Source: Phoronis australis | Taxonomy: Eukaryota; Animalia; Phoronida | Direction: 5' to 3' | DNA length: 64,000 bases | Assembly (NCBI GenBank): GCA_002633005.1 | Contig: NMRA01000166.1 | Coordinates: 558,001 to 622,000, forward strand | Shown: positions 1 to 11,600 of the stretch, piece after piece | Position numbering within the stretch: the stretch's first letter is position 1 | Layout: each line of letters starts with the position of its first letter | The notes under the pieces: generated by a model | Database searches by the model: none | What the model was told of the DNA's origin: nothing | Seen by the model: only the letters and a program-made list of their open reading frames with translations | Translations under genes and position numbers: made by a program

Positions 1-326
1 ATCTGTCTTCATAACATATCAGTCTGTTGCTTGGGGTACGGTATGATTGTAACACTGCTTAGAACAACAGTAACGAATCAGTCTTCATTAGGAAAATATG
101 TGGTTGATGAGCATGGAAATGCATTTGCATTGAAAAGAATTGCAGCTTGTGGATAACAAGAGGATTCATGAGAAAAGAACACTATTTACTAAGTTAAAAT
201 AACTCTCAGAGTACACCAATGTTAAAATTGATTCATAAATGTTACAGCAGTACACTCTATGTTGTAATAACTAACAGATGAAGGAAACATTCCGTACTTT
301 CAAATCACCACGCAGGTTGAACTCAC

Positions 327-3300
327 CTGTTCTTGGGATGCCTGACTTGATGCTCCTACACTGACCTGTGAACTCTCAGGTAGTTCCATATTTAGCTCAA
401 GACTGAAACGAAGGATACCAAGACGATGAACATGCCTCATTGTCAGTGGATTTCAAAACAAAATGCTTGACATATTCAATGAAAGAATAAGCACAAAAGT
501 GTTACAATTTTCGTTAAATTATAACACCAGCCCTCAAAAGTCTCAAAACTAGTTTCTGTTTTTACGCAATAGGACAACATTCCAAAGGTCGAACAGAAAA
601 TTCTTTACTTTTTCAAATGCTAAAAAATTAAAAGCTGGCTTGTTACTGACACACATATTTTTTTAAGTTATGCACCTCGTACAACCACAACTAGCAAGAA
701 GTCCATAATAAGACACTTCATTTCATTACTTGAAATTTTTGTTTGTTAATTTGTTTCTTTGTTTGCACGCTACACATTCTCATCAGATCAAAGTGAAATT
801 TACACACAACATGAATCTTGTGAATGGCTCAAAGCCTTTTGTTTTTGGTTAAAATCCTATACAAGATGGCGCTGTGGTGGCCATTTTTCCCTTTATTCGT
901 TTGCAAAGCCATAGCTCCACTGTTTCTTGTGGAATTTTTCTGACATTTTTTCTGATGATAGATCATTCCAAGGGCCATTGGCGTCTCTTGGCAGATCTGT
1001 CTGAAATTTGGTATGTGGACATATTGCAATGCATTTTTGGTCTGATTTACATGAAATTTTCGCACAGTGTTTACTTTGTCAATATCCCAGGGTCTTTTGT
1101 TTTTGGGCGAAATCGGATGCAAGATGGCACTGTGACGGCCATATCTCGAATAATGCTTGCGGAGCTCTAGTTCCACGATCCTTTGACTGAACCTTTTCAA
1201 ATTTGGTATGTAAATTGACCTCCTCATGGGCTGATACGTTGGTGTAATAAGCGTTTGGGTCATGGTTGTCGAATCAGATGTTCTTGGTTTTGTCGTCGAA
1301 CACACCTTTAAATTTTTATTTGATTTCACCAAGTGTTTCTCTTCAGAGTGCTTTCACTTAATTAAAATCTCCTTTGATGCTGATCACCTCAAGCATAGTG
1401 ATCTCTACTTTCCCTTCAGGCATGGTCAACAGTTCCATGACCCTTGCACATTATTCACTGCAGTCCAAAAGCCTTCAGACTGGGATCTCTTTGATCACTT
1501 ACCCGGCTTCATCAGCCACCTCCTGCATGAGTGAGTCCACCTCACCCTGGGGTGTAGTAAGAGTCGATGTTGAGCTCATAGTGCTCTCCATCACCTCTGT
1601 CTGTACGTCCAAGTTCTCAAACTGCTGCTCAAATCTATCCATTAGCTGCGATATCTAGAAAGGAAAGGCTGAGCATGAGACCAAGAACAATGTGCAAAAG
1701 AGTAGAAGTTCAAGGCTGTAACAGGACAAACTGACCCTTAAACAGATGCAGCAGACTGGAAATTGGATAACTGATCCCTTTAAAATTTCTCAAACTCCCC
1801 AGAAACTGGTTAAGGTGAATTGCAGGATATATCAGAAGAATCACAATTATGTTCTTCTATCTCTTGCTGCACTATGAAACATTTTGACACCAAGTTTGAA
1901 ATTAAACGTCACATTTATGTGCGACTTGGAACAATGGCATGTTGGCAAAATGTAAAAATTTTAATAAACAGTCATCTTCGGTACTAGATGTCACAATGTT
2001 GAAAATAATGAATGAAAGTCAGAGAGATACTTGATTTGAGGTTTATAGTTTAATACAAACAGGGCAATATCCCTTTGTGTACTTGGGTTTGCAGAAAGAT
2101 GTGGATGCCAATAAAAAGGTGATGTGTTGATTTCTAAACACTTAATATTAATATGTACTTAAATGGAGTAAAACAATCTACAATAATGACTCTTAACAGC
2201 TAGTCACGTAGGAGACTTGCAGTGAACTCATCTTCAATTTCACACAGAAATGATTCCTAAGAAGACAGTTGAATTTTGAAATGGTGAAAACCTCACCACA
2301 GTTGCAGAGCACAAATCTTGTTAATAACAGGAAATGAAAAATATTTTTGATACATTGACAAATTTGGGAAAAAGAATACCTCTTTCTCATATTGCACTCT
2401 AAATACAACAACCTCAACCATTAATCGCGGAAACTTAATGTTGATATGCTAAACACCTCATGCAATCGACACGATAATGAAATAGACTAATTAGTTAAAA
2501 ACTCACCTTTTCAAGGTTCATTGACTTCATAGCTGCCTCCATTGACTTTACTACGCCAGCCATTGACCCAGTTACCTGAAAGAAAATAAGCCAATCCAGA
2601 GTGACGATTTGAATATACAGTAGATTTCAAAATAAATTGGACAAAGTCAAAATTTAACAAAGCCTCAGTGCTCAAAGCCAGAACTGTATATACATTGATT
2701 GTCAACTAGAATGCTTTTCAATTTTGACTAAATCTTAACAAAATCTTGTAGCTCCATCCACATTGTTGAAATCACAACACCTTACTATGAATGTCCATTA
2801 CATAAATAAACCTATAGCGGCCAGGTGGAGTAATGTCACATTAAACTTCAACAAAACTTCAACAAATTTTTTTTATTGCGGTTTGACAAAATTGCCAAGC
2901 AAGTCTGGCAAGATGTTTATCAAAGATTGGCAGAGTTCTGTCAAAGTCAGTCTAGTTTATATTGAACAACTGAGTTCACTATCCATTGTTCTGTGTTATC
3001 CAAAAATTGCATAGTTTAATTTAAACAATTTGAAGGAAAATTTGAGAAAACTTGATCAAAAGCAGACAATCATAAGCTTTTAACACGGCTTAAAAATTTC
3101 ATTGCATACTGACAACAATTATTTCACAGTTGTTAACAGGTGTTTATTGAGATCACATGAACATAATCTAACAGCCATGGCAGAGCTGAGGACATGACAT
3201 ATTCGGGGACAGAAAATAATGACTTTAGAATATGGTTGTGAATCACAACAACTCACAAAACTTGAATATTCAATGTTGGGAAAACAGTGACAAATATCAA

Positions 3301-6300
3301 AATAGTAACATAATCTATGCTCCTTGGAAAATCCTAGGAATTTCTGTAACTACACCCATGGGTGCATTTTTGAAATGTGTTAAAAACAGCAGTCACCATA
3401 GGTGCATTTCCTGTCTCATACTTCTTACCAAGCTTAGTTTCAGATGCTGGAAACGTGCCAATCCAAAGGACAAAAATATAAAGAAAAATTTGCTGAGAAA
3501 GGCATTTTGAGCTTTGGGTAACCCTTAAAGTATAAATTCTGGGGTCCATGATGTTATGAGAAGTATGTAATTTTACTGTCTCTGAATTGCCACATACTGT
3601 ACTTTAGTAATTCACCTCAACTCGTTTTAATAAGCTTAGCTCCAGTCTGTAACATGTACATCACCTTGTCTTTCCAATTAGAGTTTCAATTCTCTAAATT
3701 AAGTGTGTGACAACATAAGCAGTGTTTACAGTAGCCAACAATGGAGGATGTTATGATTTTTAAAAGGAACAAAAATGATTTCAATGTGAACAAGTGTGAT
3801 TTGTAAGACGAAAGTGATGACAACAAAGTGACAACAATGAATTGGATGGTGAACGTGTACTGGTAATATGCGAAGTAGCTCCGTGTTCGCCTGATCCAAG
3901 TCAAGCTGACGTTGCTCTGCAATAAGTTGAGCAAGACGATTTGAGCTAAAATCGAGGTAAATAGTTAGCTTTAGTTCTCTGTTTTTAATTGACCTTTTCA
4001 AATTCTACGTGTTGGCAAAACGTTTAGAGAAATTTGGAATAATCCACCGCAATGTTGACACCAAAACAATGTGAAGAGTGGACGACTACTCGATCACCGA
4101 TTGCCGATGCACTACACCTTATGACGTCAAACACACTTGGGTCACCTTTCCTGCTTTAAGTATTTGAGCGTGAATTACAAATAACTGAATGCTAGGAAAG
4201 GGCTACACAATTGGTGTTTGACATTCGTAAGTCAGAGTATAAAATGGCTATTTTATTAGCATTGACCTTGAGATGGCTGCTGGGCTCATGATTAGTTGTC
4301 AGCTGCAGTTGTGGAGATTTCTTTAGTTGGTCATAGCACTTTCCAAACAAAATCTTGATAGTTTCCGAAAAAAGTAATGACTACTACTGAGTATTCAGAC
4401 CAACCACGATGGAAACGATAAACTATAAAGGTCAAGCAAACTTTTGAACTTAAGTTCCAAAATACCCATAGTTACCTGCTTCATAGTTACTGCTGTCTGG
4501 ACCCTCTGTGCTACTGCATCTACTCTTGCACCCATTCTTAAGAAATTTAGGGCTTGATTTTTCTGTCTTATGGCATTTTCTGCATGAATCTTGGCCCCTT
4601 CCATGTTTCCTTTTTGAATTGCCTGAAAATGCATTAAAGTCATTCACAATCACAAAAACTATATATACAGTACCTGAAAGAAACAATAATGTGCTTAGAT
4701 CTAGTTATGCAGCACTCACACGTGGACAAAGGTGAATTTCTAAGAATTCATTACAGGCTCACGTACAATGAAAGTCCCAGATCCTCGCATATTGGTATTG
4801 GTGCAATTCATGGTTTGTCACTAATACATAATGACTTTGGTATTTCTCAAAATTCATGTTATGTAATTTTGATTCTAACACACAATCATATTGATACAAT
4901 TCCAAAAACAAAACTTGATCTCTTCATGAAGCTTTGAAGATGACTGTAGTAAAAATAATGCAGCAGTTAACCAGTTCTAACAAACAAATAAAACTCACAT
5001 TTGCCGAGTTGCACGCCAAACAGAAGCTGATTCATATTTATTGTCAAAACACTGAAATCCTGACAGCAATCGCTGATTGAATGATATGTTAGTGACACAG
5101 TTGGTGGGGCATTATTATCCCATTTCAAAGTCTAGAATAAGAATTAATGTAAACATGAAATCATTGTCAAAACTGGTGATACACACCTTCTTTAATTTTA
5201 ATTTCTCAGCTCTCTGCTCTTTTTCACACTTCTTGGCACTGCGCTCCAAACCTTTGGCCGCAAATTTCAGATTAAAAAGATGCTCTTAAAGACGTTAAGG
5301 AAACTGCAGTTATAACATCTCAACAAAAATAAGGAGTTGAGGAAGGGGCAACACAGGACAGTAGAGGACAGCTGCACCCACAGCTGTATCTTCACAACTC
5401 TGTCAAAATGAAAGTGTCACTAGGAAGCACAACAGTAAACAGATAGGCCTGAAAGACATCAGCATCTGCAGTCGTGTTCATAGAAATAAACAAGCCAAAT
5501 TTCACAAATCTCTACAAGAGCTTTAAGAGAACCTTGAAACAGCTGCAGACTTGGGAAAACAACCACTACCACTAGGTGATTTCTCAGCAGCCGAAGCAAT
5601 CCAAAAATCACTGTCAGCCATGCTTTTCCAAGTAGGAACACAGAGCATTTTCCAGAATAATTAATCCCCAGATTGGTTTGACCGATAGAGAGGGGAACAT
5701 AACATATAATTCCAAAACAACAAGAGCAATGCGGAGCATTGAAAAGCACCCACGAATGCATCGCAAACGATGTGCTTTTGGGTTGTTAATTTGTGTCATA
5801 AAAAAGGCCACTAGATGATGCAAGAACGTACAATCCATCCAAAAATGGGAACATGTCATAGCTTCTTTAATAGAAAACTATTCACCAAATATCATAGAAA
5901 TCTGTCATGGAACTTCAGAGAAACTTGAAAGGAAAACAGAATAAAACGAAACTGCCACTAGGTGGCACAGTGTTCATTGGATCTGCCTGAAAGTTGTCTG
6001 TAGTTAGCTTCACATAAATACACTGACTAAAATTAATATATATCAAGCAATGGGCTTAGGAGATACAGCTATGGGCGCAAAACAAAACAAAATTGCTGTT
6101 GGAGACGCCACAGTACTCAAAGTTGTCATCGTAAATCAACCTCTTCACACAGAGAACATAAACGTCAATTTTGAAAACCATCCTTAGAATGAGTTGGTTG
6201 ATAGAGGTGTGGACGCCAAAAAACAGACTCGAAAACAGCAAAATGGTCACTAGGAGACACAAAATACCTTGATTCCATCCAAAAATGGAAGGATAGCGTC

Positions 6301-8153
6301 ATCTCACCAATAGATGCCTGTATTCAAAGTTTTATGAAAATCTGTTGAGGACCCTTGAAGATACAGAGGTAAACGTAAAATCTAAAATTGCCACCAGGAG
6401 GCACACCAGTAGTAAGATTCGTCCGAAAGTCATCGTTGTTCTTTGTCAACATCACATAAATACACTTGTTAAATTTACTAAAGAACCTGAAAACAGTTTA
6501 AGAGATACAGCCATGGGCAAAAAAACGAAACTACCACTAGCAGGCGCCAACTGCCACCAGACGGTACACCAGCAGTTAAATCCGTCTGAAAGTCACCGTC
6601 GTCCTTTGTCAACATCATATAAATGCACATACTAAGTTTAGTAAACATCCTGCAGAGGGTTTAGGAGATACAGCCATAGGCGCAAAAAAACCAAAGCTGC
6701 CATTAGGAGGCGCCACAGTCGTCAAAATCGTCGGAAAATCATCGTCGGCCGTCCTTTTCATAGCAATAACAGACATGCCAATTTCCACAATAATCCTTAG
6801 AGCTGTTTGGTTGATAGAGGGGTGGACGCCTAAAGACAGACTTGAAAACAGTAATAATGGCCACTAGGTGGCGCAAATTACGTCGAATCTATCCGAAAAT
6901 GGGAGGATAGCGTCATCTCCCTAATAGATGCCAACATGCCAAATTTTATGAAAATACACTGAAGACATTTGAAGATATAGAGGTACCCAGTAAGCGTAAA
7001 AAAACTAAAATTTCCACTAGGGGGCACACTGGTGGCTGGATCTGTTCGAAAGTTCGCTCATGCTGTCCCATCCACGAAAGGAGTACATGTGCAAAATTTC
7101 ATGAACATACATTAAATAGGTTTGGAGTTAGAGCAGCGGACGCCGGACAGACGCCACCTGGACGGACAGAGATGACGGCATAATGCGTCCACATATAAAT
7201 ATGTGGGCGCATAAAAATGAACATAAAGTGGCGTACAATACATTAAATTGATCTGAAAATAGGAAGGTGATGCACCCTCTTTAATAGAAACCTATTTGCC
7301 AAATTTCATGAAAATACATCAAGAAACTCCAAATTTACAGAGGGAAATGGAAAAATAAATTGCACAGCAGTAATTGGATCTGTCCAAAGCTGGTGGAGGA
7401 GGATCCAGAACAGGGCGAGTGTTTCTGAGAGCAAATTCCAGGATACTAGGAGTGTTGCTGAGATTTGTGGCCAGGGATAGCACATCTTTTCCACAGAAGG
7501 GAAAAGAGTGTTGTTTAACATGACTTCTGGTTGTGTCATGCTGTAAAATTTCTCTTAATCACTTGCCAGTGGACAATTACTATTGGTTGAATGGTTTCGA
7601 TGCTTGACTCTGGTTCAAGGGGTTTCTTGGTTCGATTCCCTGCAGCACACTTATCAGCTACGCAAGTTGACACTTGTCTAAAAAACTACATGCGACCATC
7701 CAATACAACCCACAGAAACAGTAACAAACTATAGATGCACACCTTAAAAATATGAAACTGGGATTATTGTTTTCTGACCACCATCTCTAGTTGGCCCAAT
7801 AGAAACAGTGTTAAAAATGGCTAGTTGCCGATTTGGGAACGGACTGCTCAAAAAGGTTTGATTACGGGAGTATTTGTTAGAGTTGAAAGGAATTAAGACA
7901 TTGGCGGCCTCCTAAGATTGATTAGTGTTCCTCCACGAGCAAAAGGTATTTATAACAACGTGATTTTGATGTTTTAATCAGTGCGCTCCATAATTCACAG
8001 AAAAGCTTCCACTTGGGCCAGCTAAAGACGGTGGTCACTGTCTTCTTGAATCATTGAATCAGGAAATGAAACGACTGTTGTTACGAATACGTAGCAGTTT
8101 AGATTACACTACAAATGAATTATACACAAAAGGATACTCTCCATTTTAGACAT
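327..8153 (-). CDS. CHMP1B: Charged multivesicular body protein 1b (ESCRT-III, Snf7 family); spliced, 3' end beyond left edge of window
   Basis: Exons (minus): 8153-8138, 5284-5187, 4622-4476, 2575-2507, 1654-1503, 402-327, all GT-AG with matching phases. Joined translation [186 protein letters not shown] closely follows CHMP1B as I recall it ([16 protein letters not shown]...). The MIM1-bearing last exon is not in the window. Confidence 0.95.
740..1265 (+). repeat. Degenerate HINE-like repeat of a different subfamily in a CHMP1B intron
   Basis: (TTTG)n tract followed by internal duplicated motifs TGAAATTT... and CAAGATGGC(G/A)CTGTG..GGCCAT (~862, ~1120). Explains the spurious ORFs 829..1332 and 874..1170. 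Confidence 0.45.
1503..1654 (-). CDS. CHMP1B: CHMP1B exon 5
   Basis: ttctag|ATATCG...GCCGG|gtaagt; [51 protein letters not shown]. Confidence 0.93.
4476..4622 (-). CDS. CHMP1B: CHMP1B exon 3
   Basis: ttttcag|GCAATTCAA...AAGCAG|gtaact; [49 protein letters not shown] (core of ORF 4395..4643). Confidence 0.95.
5720..7217 (-). mobile_element. Non-autonomous Helentron-type (HINE/DINE-1-like) element with internal ~150-bp tandem monomers
   Basis: Read on the minus strand: 5' TTTTTATGCGCCCACAT...ATGTGGACGCATTA (subterminal IR plus partner), then a GTCC-type microsatellite, tandem monomers, and 3' GTGGGTGC...CAATGCTCCGCATTG hairpin + CTCTTGT. A second copy lies at 18884-20272. Confidence 0.75.
7583..7648 (+). 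repeat. tRNA-derived SINE head remnant (not an intact tRNA)
   Basis: A-box-like TGGTTGAATGG and B-box GGTTCGATTCC at tRNA-like spacing; no convincing acceptor stem. Confidence 0.4.
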
Positions 8154-8605
8154 CTTCAACAAAAATATCGTCTTCCTTTGTCACTACAGAAAAACCACGG
8201 TAAATTATTTCACAATATTATCAACGAAGTTTGTGTCACTGTCAGTGTCAGGGTATCATGAGCAATATTTATATTACGATATATGACGTCATATCCGTGC
8301 AGTTTTTTCCGTTGAAAGTTGAAACTTTAGAGTAAATGTGAGACATGAACGTTGAACTGATGTAGAATAAAAAGATTAAGGCGTGTGTTGATAAAATTCC
8401 AGTTATTTTGTTCAATTTAAAAAAATAACACATCAAACAATTTTGAACACTTGCCGCTAGGAGTCAGCTATCGAGTAAACGTAGCTTCGTTCTTTTGCCG
8501 CTAGGAATACTCACTACGACTTACTGCGCATGACAAGTATGGCGGCGCCCTGAGCAGAACCACGTTTGTTTTGACTTTTCGTAGTATTTGCTTGCTTGTT
8601 GGAAA
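8154..8605. promoter_or_regulatory. Bidirectional promoter/5'UTRs shared by CHMP1B and URB1
   Basis: Start codons are head-to-head 452 bp apart. Contains the palindrome ATATGACGTCATAT (CRE core, 8281-8294), two copies of TTGCCGCTAGGA (~8451, ~8495), TGCGCATG (NRF1-like) and AAGTATGGCGGCG (YY1-like, ~8535). Factor assignments are by resemblance only. Confidence 0.7.
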
Positions 8606-11600
8606 ATGAAACGCGATCATACGGAACAAAGCAAAAGAACGACTGATTCCAATAATGGGTCAATCAGAGATAAAAAAATCAAAGTAGAATTTAATGAAAT
8701 TGAGTTCAAATTCTTGCTGAAAAACCCTGATACGGCGTTTTCAGGTAAGCTGAAGACAGTGAAGTACTGACTGTGTAGTAGTACTGTAGTAGTCTAGACA
8801 GTGGTCACCGTCTCTGTAGCTGGCTCAGTAGAGACGGTGTAGCTCCTGTAGGAGCTTTATACATCGGAAACTTTTCGGTTGTTGTTATAAGTACCTTTTG
8901 CTTTTGCGAGTTAGAGGGACAATCTTAGGAGGCCGTTGGCGTCGTTGTCTTTAGTTCCTTCCAACTCGACAAGGACGATTTTGAAAATTGGCGTATATAT
9001 TCTCAGTGTGAAGAGGACGGTTGACAACGACTTCGACTACTGTGATGCCTCCTAGTGGTAGTTTTGTTTTTGCACACATAGCTGTATCTCCTGAACCCAC
9101 TGCAGAATCTTTATTAGATTTAGTATGCCATCAAAGAAGTTAAAGATCCAAACTAAGTTGGAGTGCAAATTCCCTCCACTTTCTGTTTGCAGCTCAAATT
9201 TTGCAACTTAACTCGACGTTTGAAAAACATCTGTCGAAAAATATCCGTGAAACTATGCCGTAACCAAATGACGTAATGGATGCGCGGGAACAATTCAGTG
9301 CAAATTTCACAACAAAAATGTGGTCTTGATGCTGTTTAAGTACTCAACAATTAGTTTTCCATGAAATGGATAGCCTCGAAATAATTCCAGAGTCCGTACA
9401 AGTTTCTATCGGGTAATTCGAGTTTGCTCCTCAATGCCTTCCAAGTACGGGGAAAATAGGTCAGTCACAAAACGACACGCTTGTCACTAGTGTTAACTTG
9501 CTTTCGGAGGTATGAAACAAAGCCGGGATTTGATTTTTACATATTAAGAAAAGACGTTTTTTGAAAACTGAATTTGTGTAAAATGAGTGTGACACACTAA
9601 AAAGGCAGCGTGACAAATTTAAACCACCCGCGGTCGTTTGTAGTGCGCTTAATTGGAAATTCTCAAATTTTGAAGGAGAACACTTAGTAGATCAGTGAGC
9701 ATTTATTATGAAACACTTCAAAGGTAGGAAGTAGGCTTGTGTGTGACCATAGTCGTTAACCTGAGTGTTTGCGGTAATAAGATATTAAAAGACTGCAATG
9801 GTAAGAAACATAATAATATGATTTTGCGAGGCAAACTCCATCTAGTAGAGGAAACTTACTGGACATCGTTTCCACCTACACTGTACCCTTTTTAGCCACC
9901 CAGAGTAATTTTGGTTTTAATTGCCTGCTTCAGCCGGAACAAGATTGTTCCTATTGGAGTCTGAACATTTTACGGCGACTGTGGTCCGGGGAGCAAAAAG
10001 TTGCCGGGGGGAGGGGATGAATAAAAAGTTCGCTAACCACGTCGACCTTCGGGAAACATTGTCACAGGAAAATATCAGTTCTGGGTTACCAGATATATTG
10101 GTCCCGGGGAATGACGTAAAGCATTGGGTTTTTTACACTGAAAATATATGACTTCATTTTCAAATAAACCACTGGCACGTACCTGGGTGCTAAGTGGAGC
10201 CAAGCCGGTATACTGTTTCATTTAGGACTGTCACTGTTCTCTTTTGATGTGCAGGTTTGAAGTGGTGCGCACGCGTGAGTTCAAGCACTTGAATCGCTGT
10301 TGTAGGCCTACACTTTACGTTCGCAACATGTGAAAGGCAAATCATATTTCGGGCACGTAGCCTTAGAAACGAGTAAAGGGGTTTAAGAATTTCTTGGCAA
10401 CTGAAAGTAAAGATGTGGCCGTCGTTTGGCAATTAATAGGGTTGTCATTTTCACTTTGGCTGTCTTATGCGATAAAAAAATGAGACACACATCCCTAAGT
10501 CACGACTGTCTTCCGGGACCGCTTGCGCTCTAACAACGGCACCGACCAGTGCCGCAATGCGATATCAGGGATATTGTTGTGGATATTTGGTACATGAAAT
10601 AAGGACATCTTATGCGAAAAATAAACATATTTGTCCACCACAAAGTTTGGTAAGTTGATCGCTTAAAAATTAATAGAAACACCGCTGTTTTTGACGTTTT
10701 ATCACGTGTTATGCAGTGGCCCGAAACTGTCTTCGGCGAATCCGGAAGTTTGCAAAGGTGGCAACAACCAAATAATGGTCGTATTAACAAAAGTTGCTTT
10801 ATATTTACCAGGTATCTTTCGAGAAGTGTAAAAACTCAGCTCGCATACCTTGGAAATTCCAGGTCGCATTTTGCTACTTGATACGAGCTGACAAAAATCT
10901 CAGGTCGCATTTCCAAATTTCAAGTCGCAAACTCGACCTGCAGCTCGTTATGTCGAGCCCTGGGTACACACCTATGTTCCATAATTCAAAATTTGCAATT
11001 TTTTAGTCTCCTCTCTTGCTTTATGTACTACTCATAACAGGGCAAAATCTTGAATTTTTTAAACTTATCACAGGTATTGACACTTAAGCAAGATTAGCTG
11101 GTAGTTTCAAGTTTTTTAAGTTTGTTAATTCTCAAAATTTTAAATAATTATTGAATTGTCCCCCGCATTACACGTAAAATATTGTGAAATTACCCTGTTT
11201 ACTGGCGTTCAACAATCATGGTAAATAGTCACAACGGCAGAGAGAGATTTCATTATAACTTTAAATAGTACTATCATGTATTTCATTTTGGATGCGTTCA
11301 TGTTGACCCATTTCAGGTTTTGAAAAGTTCATAGAGACTGCTAATCAATTTCCTGACAATACAAACTATGACTTGGTTGCCTCGTTTTGCCAGTCAACGA
11401 AGGACGCTCATGAAATTCTGCAAGTTCTGGAGGCAGGACAAAGAAAGCCATCAGAGGTAATTAGGGTTACTGTTTGACAAAGAATCAATTGATTAACTAT
11501 CTCATGCTGAAGGGGAAGAGATATAGTCATGGTAGGTAGCATTAGTCTTTCTCCGTGCAAAGAATCTGTTTTCACCTTCATTTCTCGACAGTTTTTGATC

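Noticed and set aside
829-1332. 167-aa minus-strand ORF
   Set aside because: It lies within a CHMP1B intron over a degenerate repeat; the internal peptide duplication reflects the repeat monomers.
7583-7648. Functional tRNA gene
   Set aside because: A/B boxes are present but it cannot be folded into a cloverleaf; treated as a SINE remnant.
9200-10962. CpG-rich block ending GTCGAGCCCTG, like a hAT terminus
   Set aside because: I could not find the matching left TIR or a TSD. Probably a truncated transposon, but it cannot be delimited.
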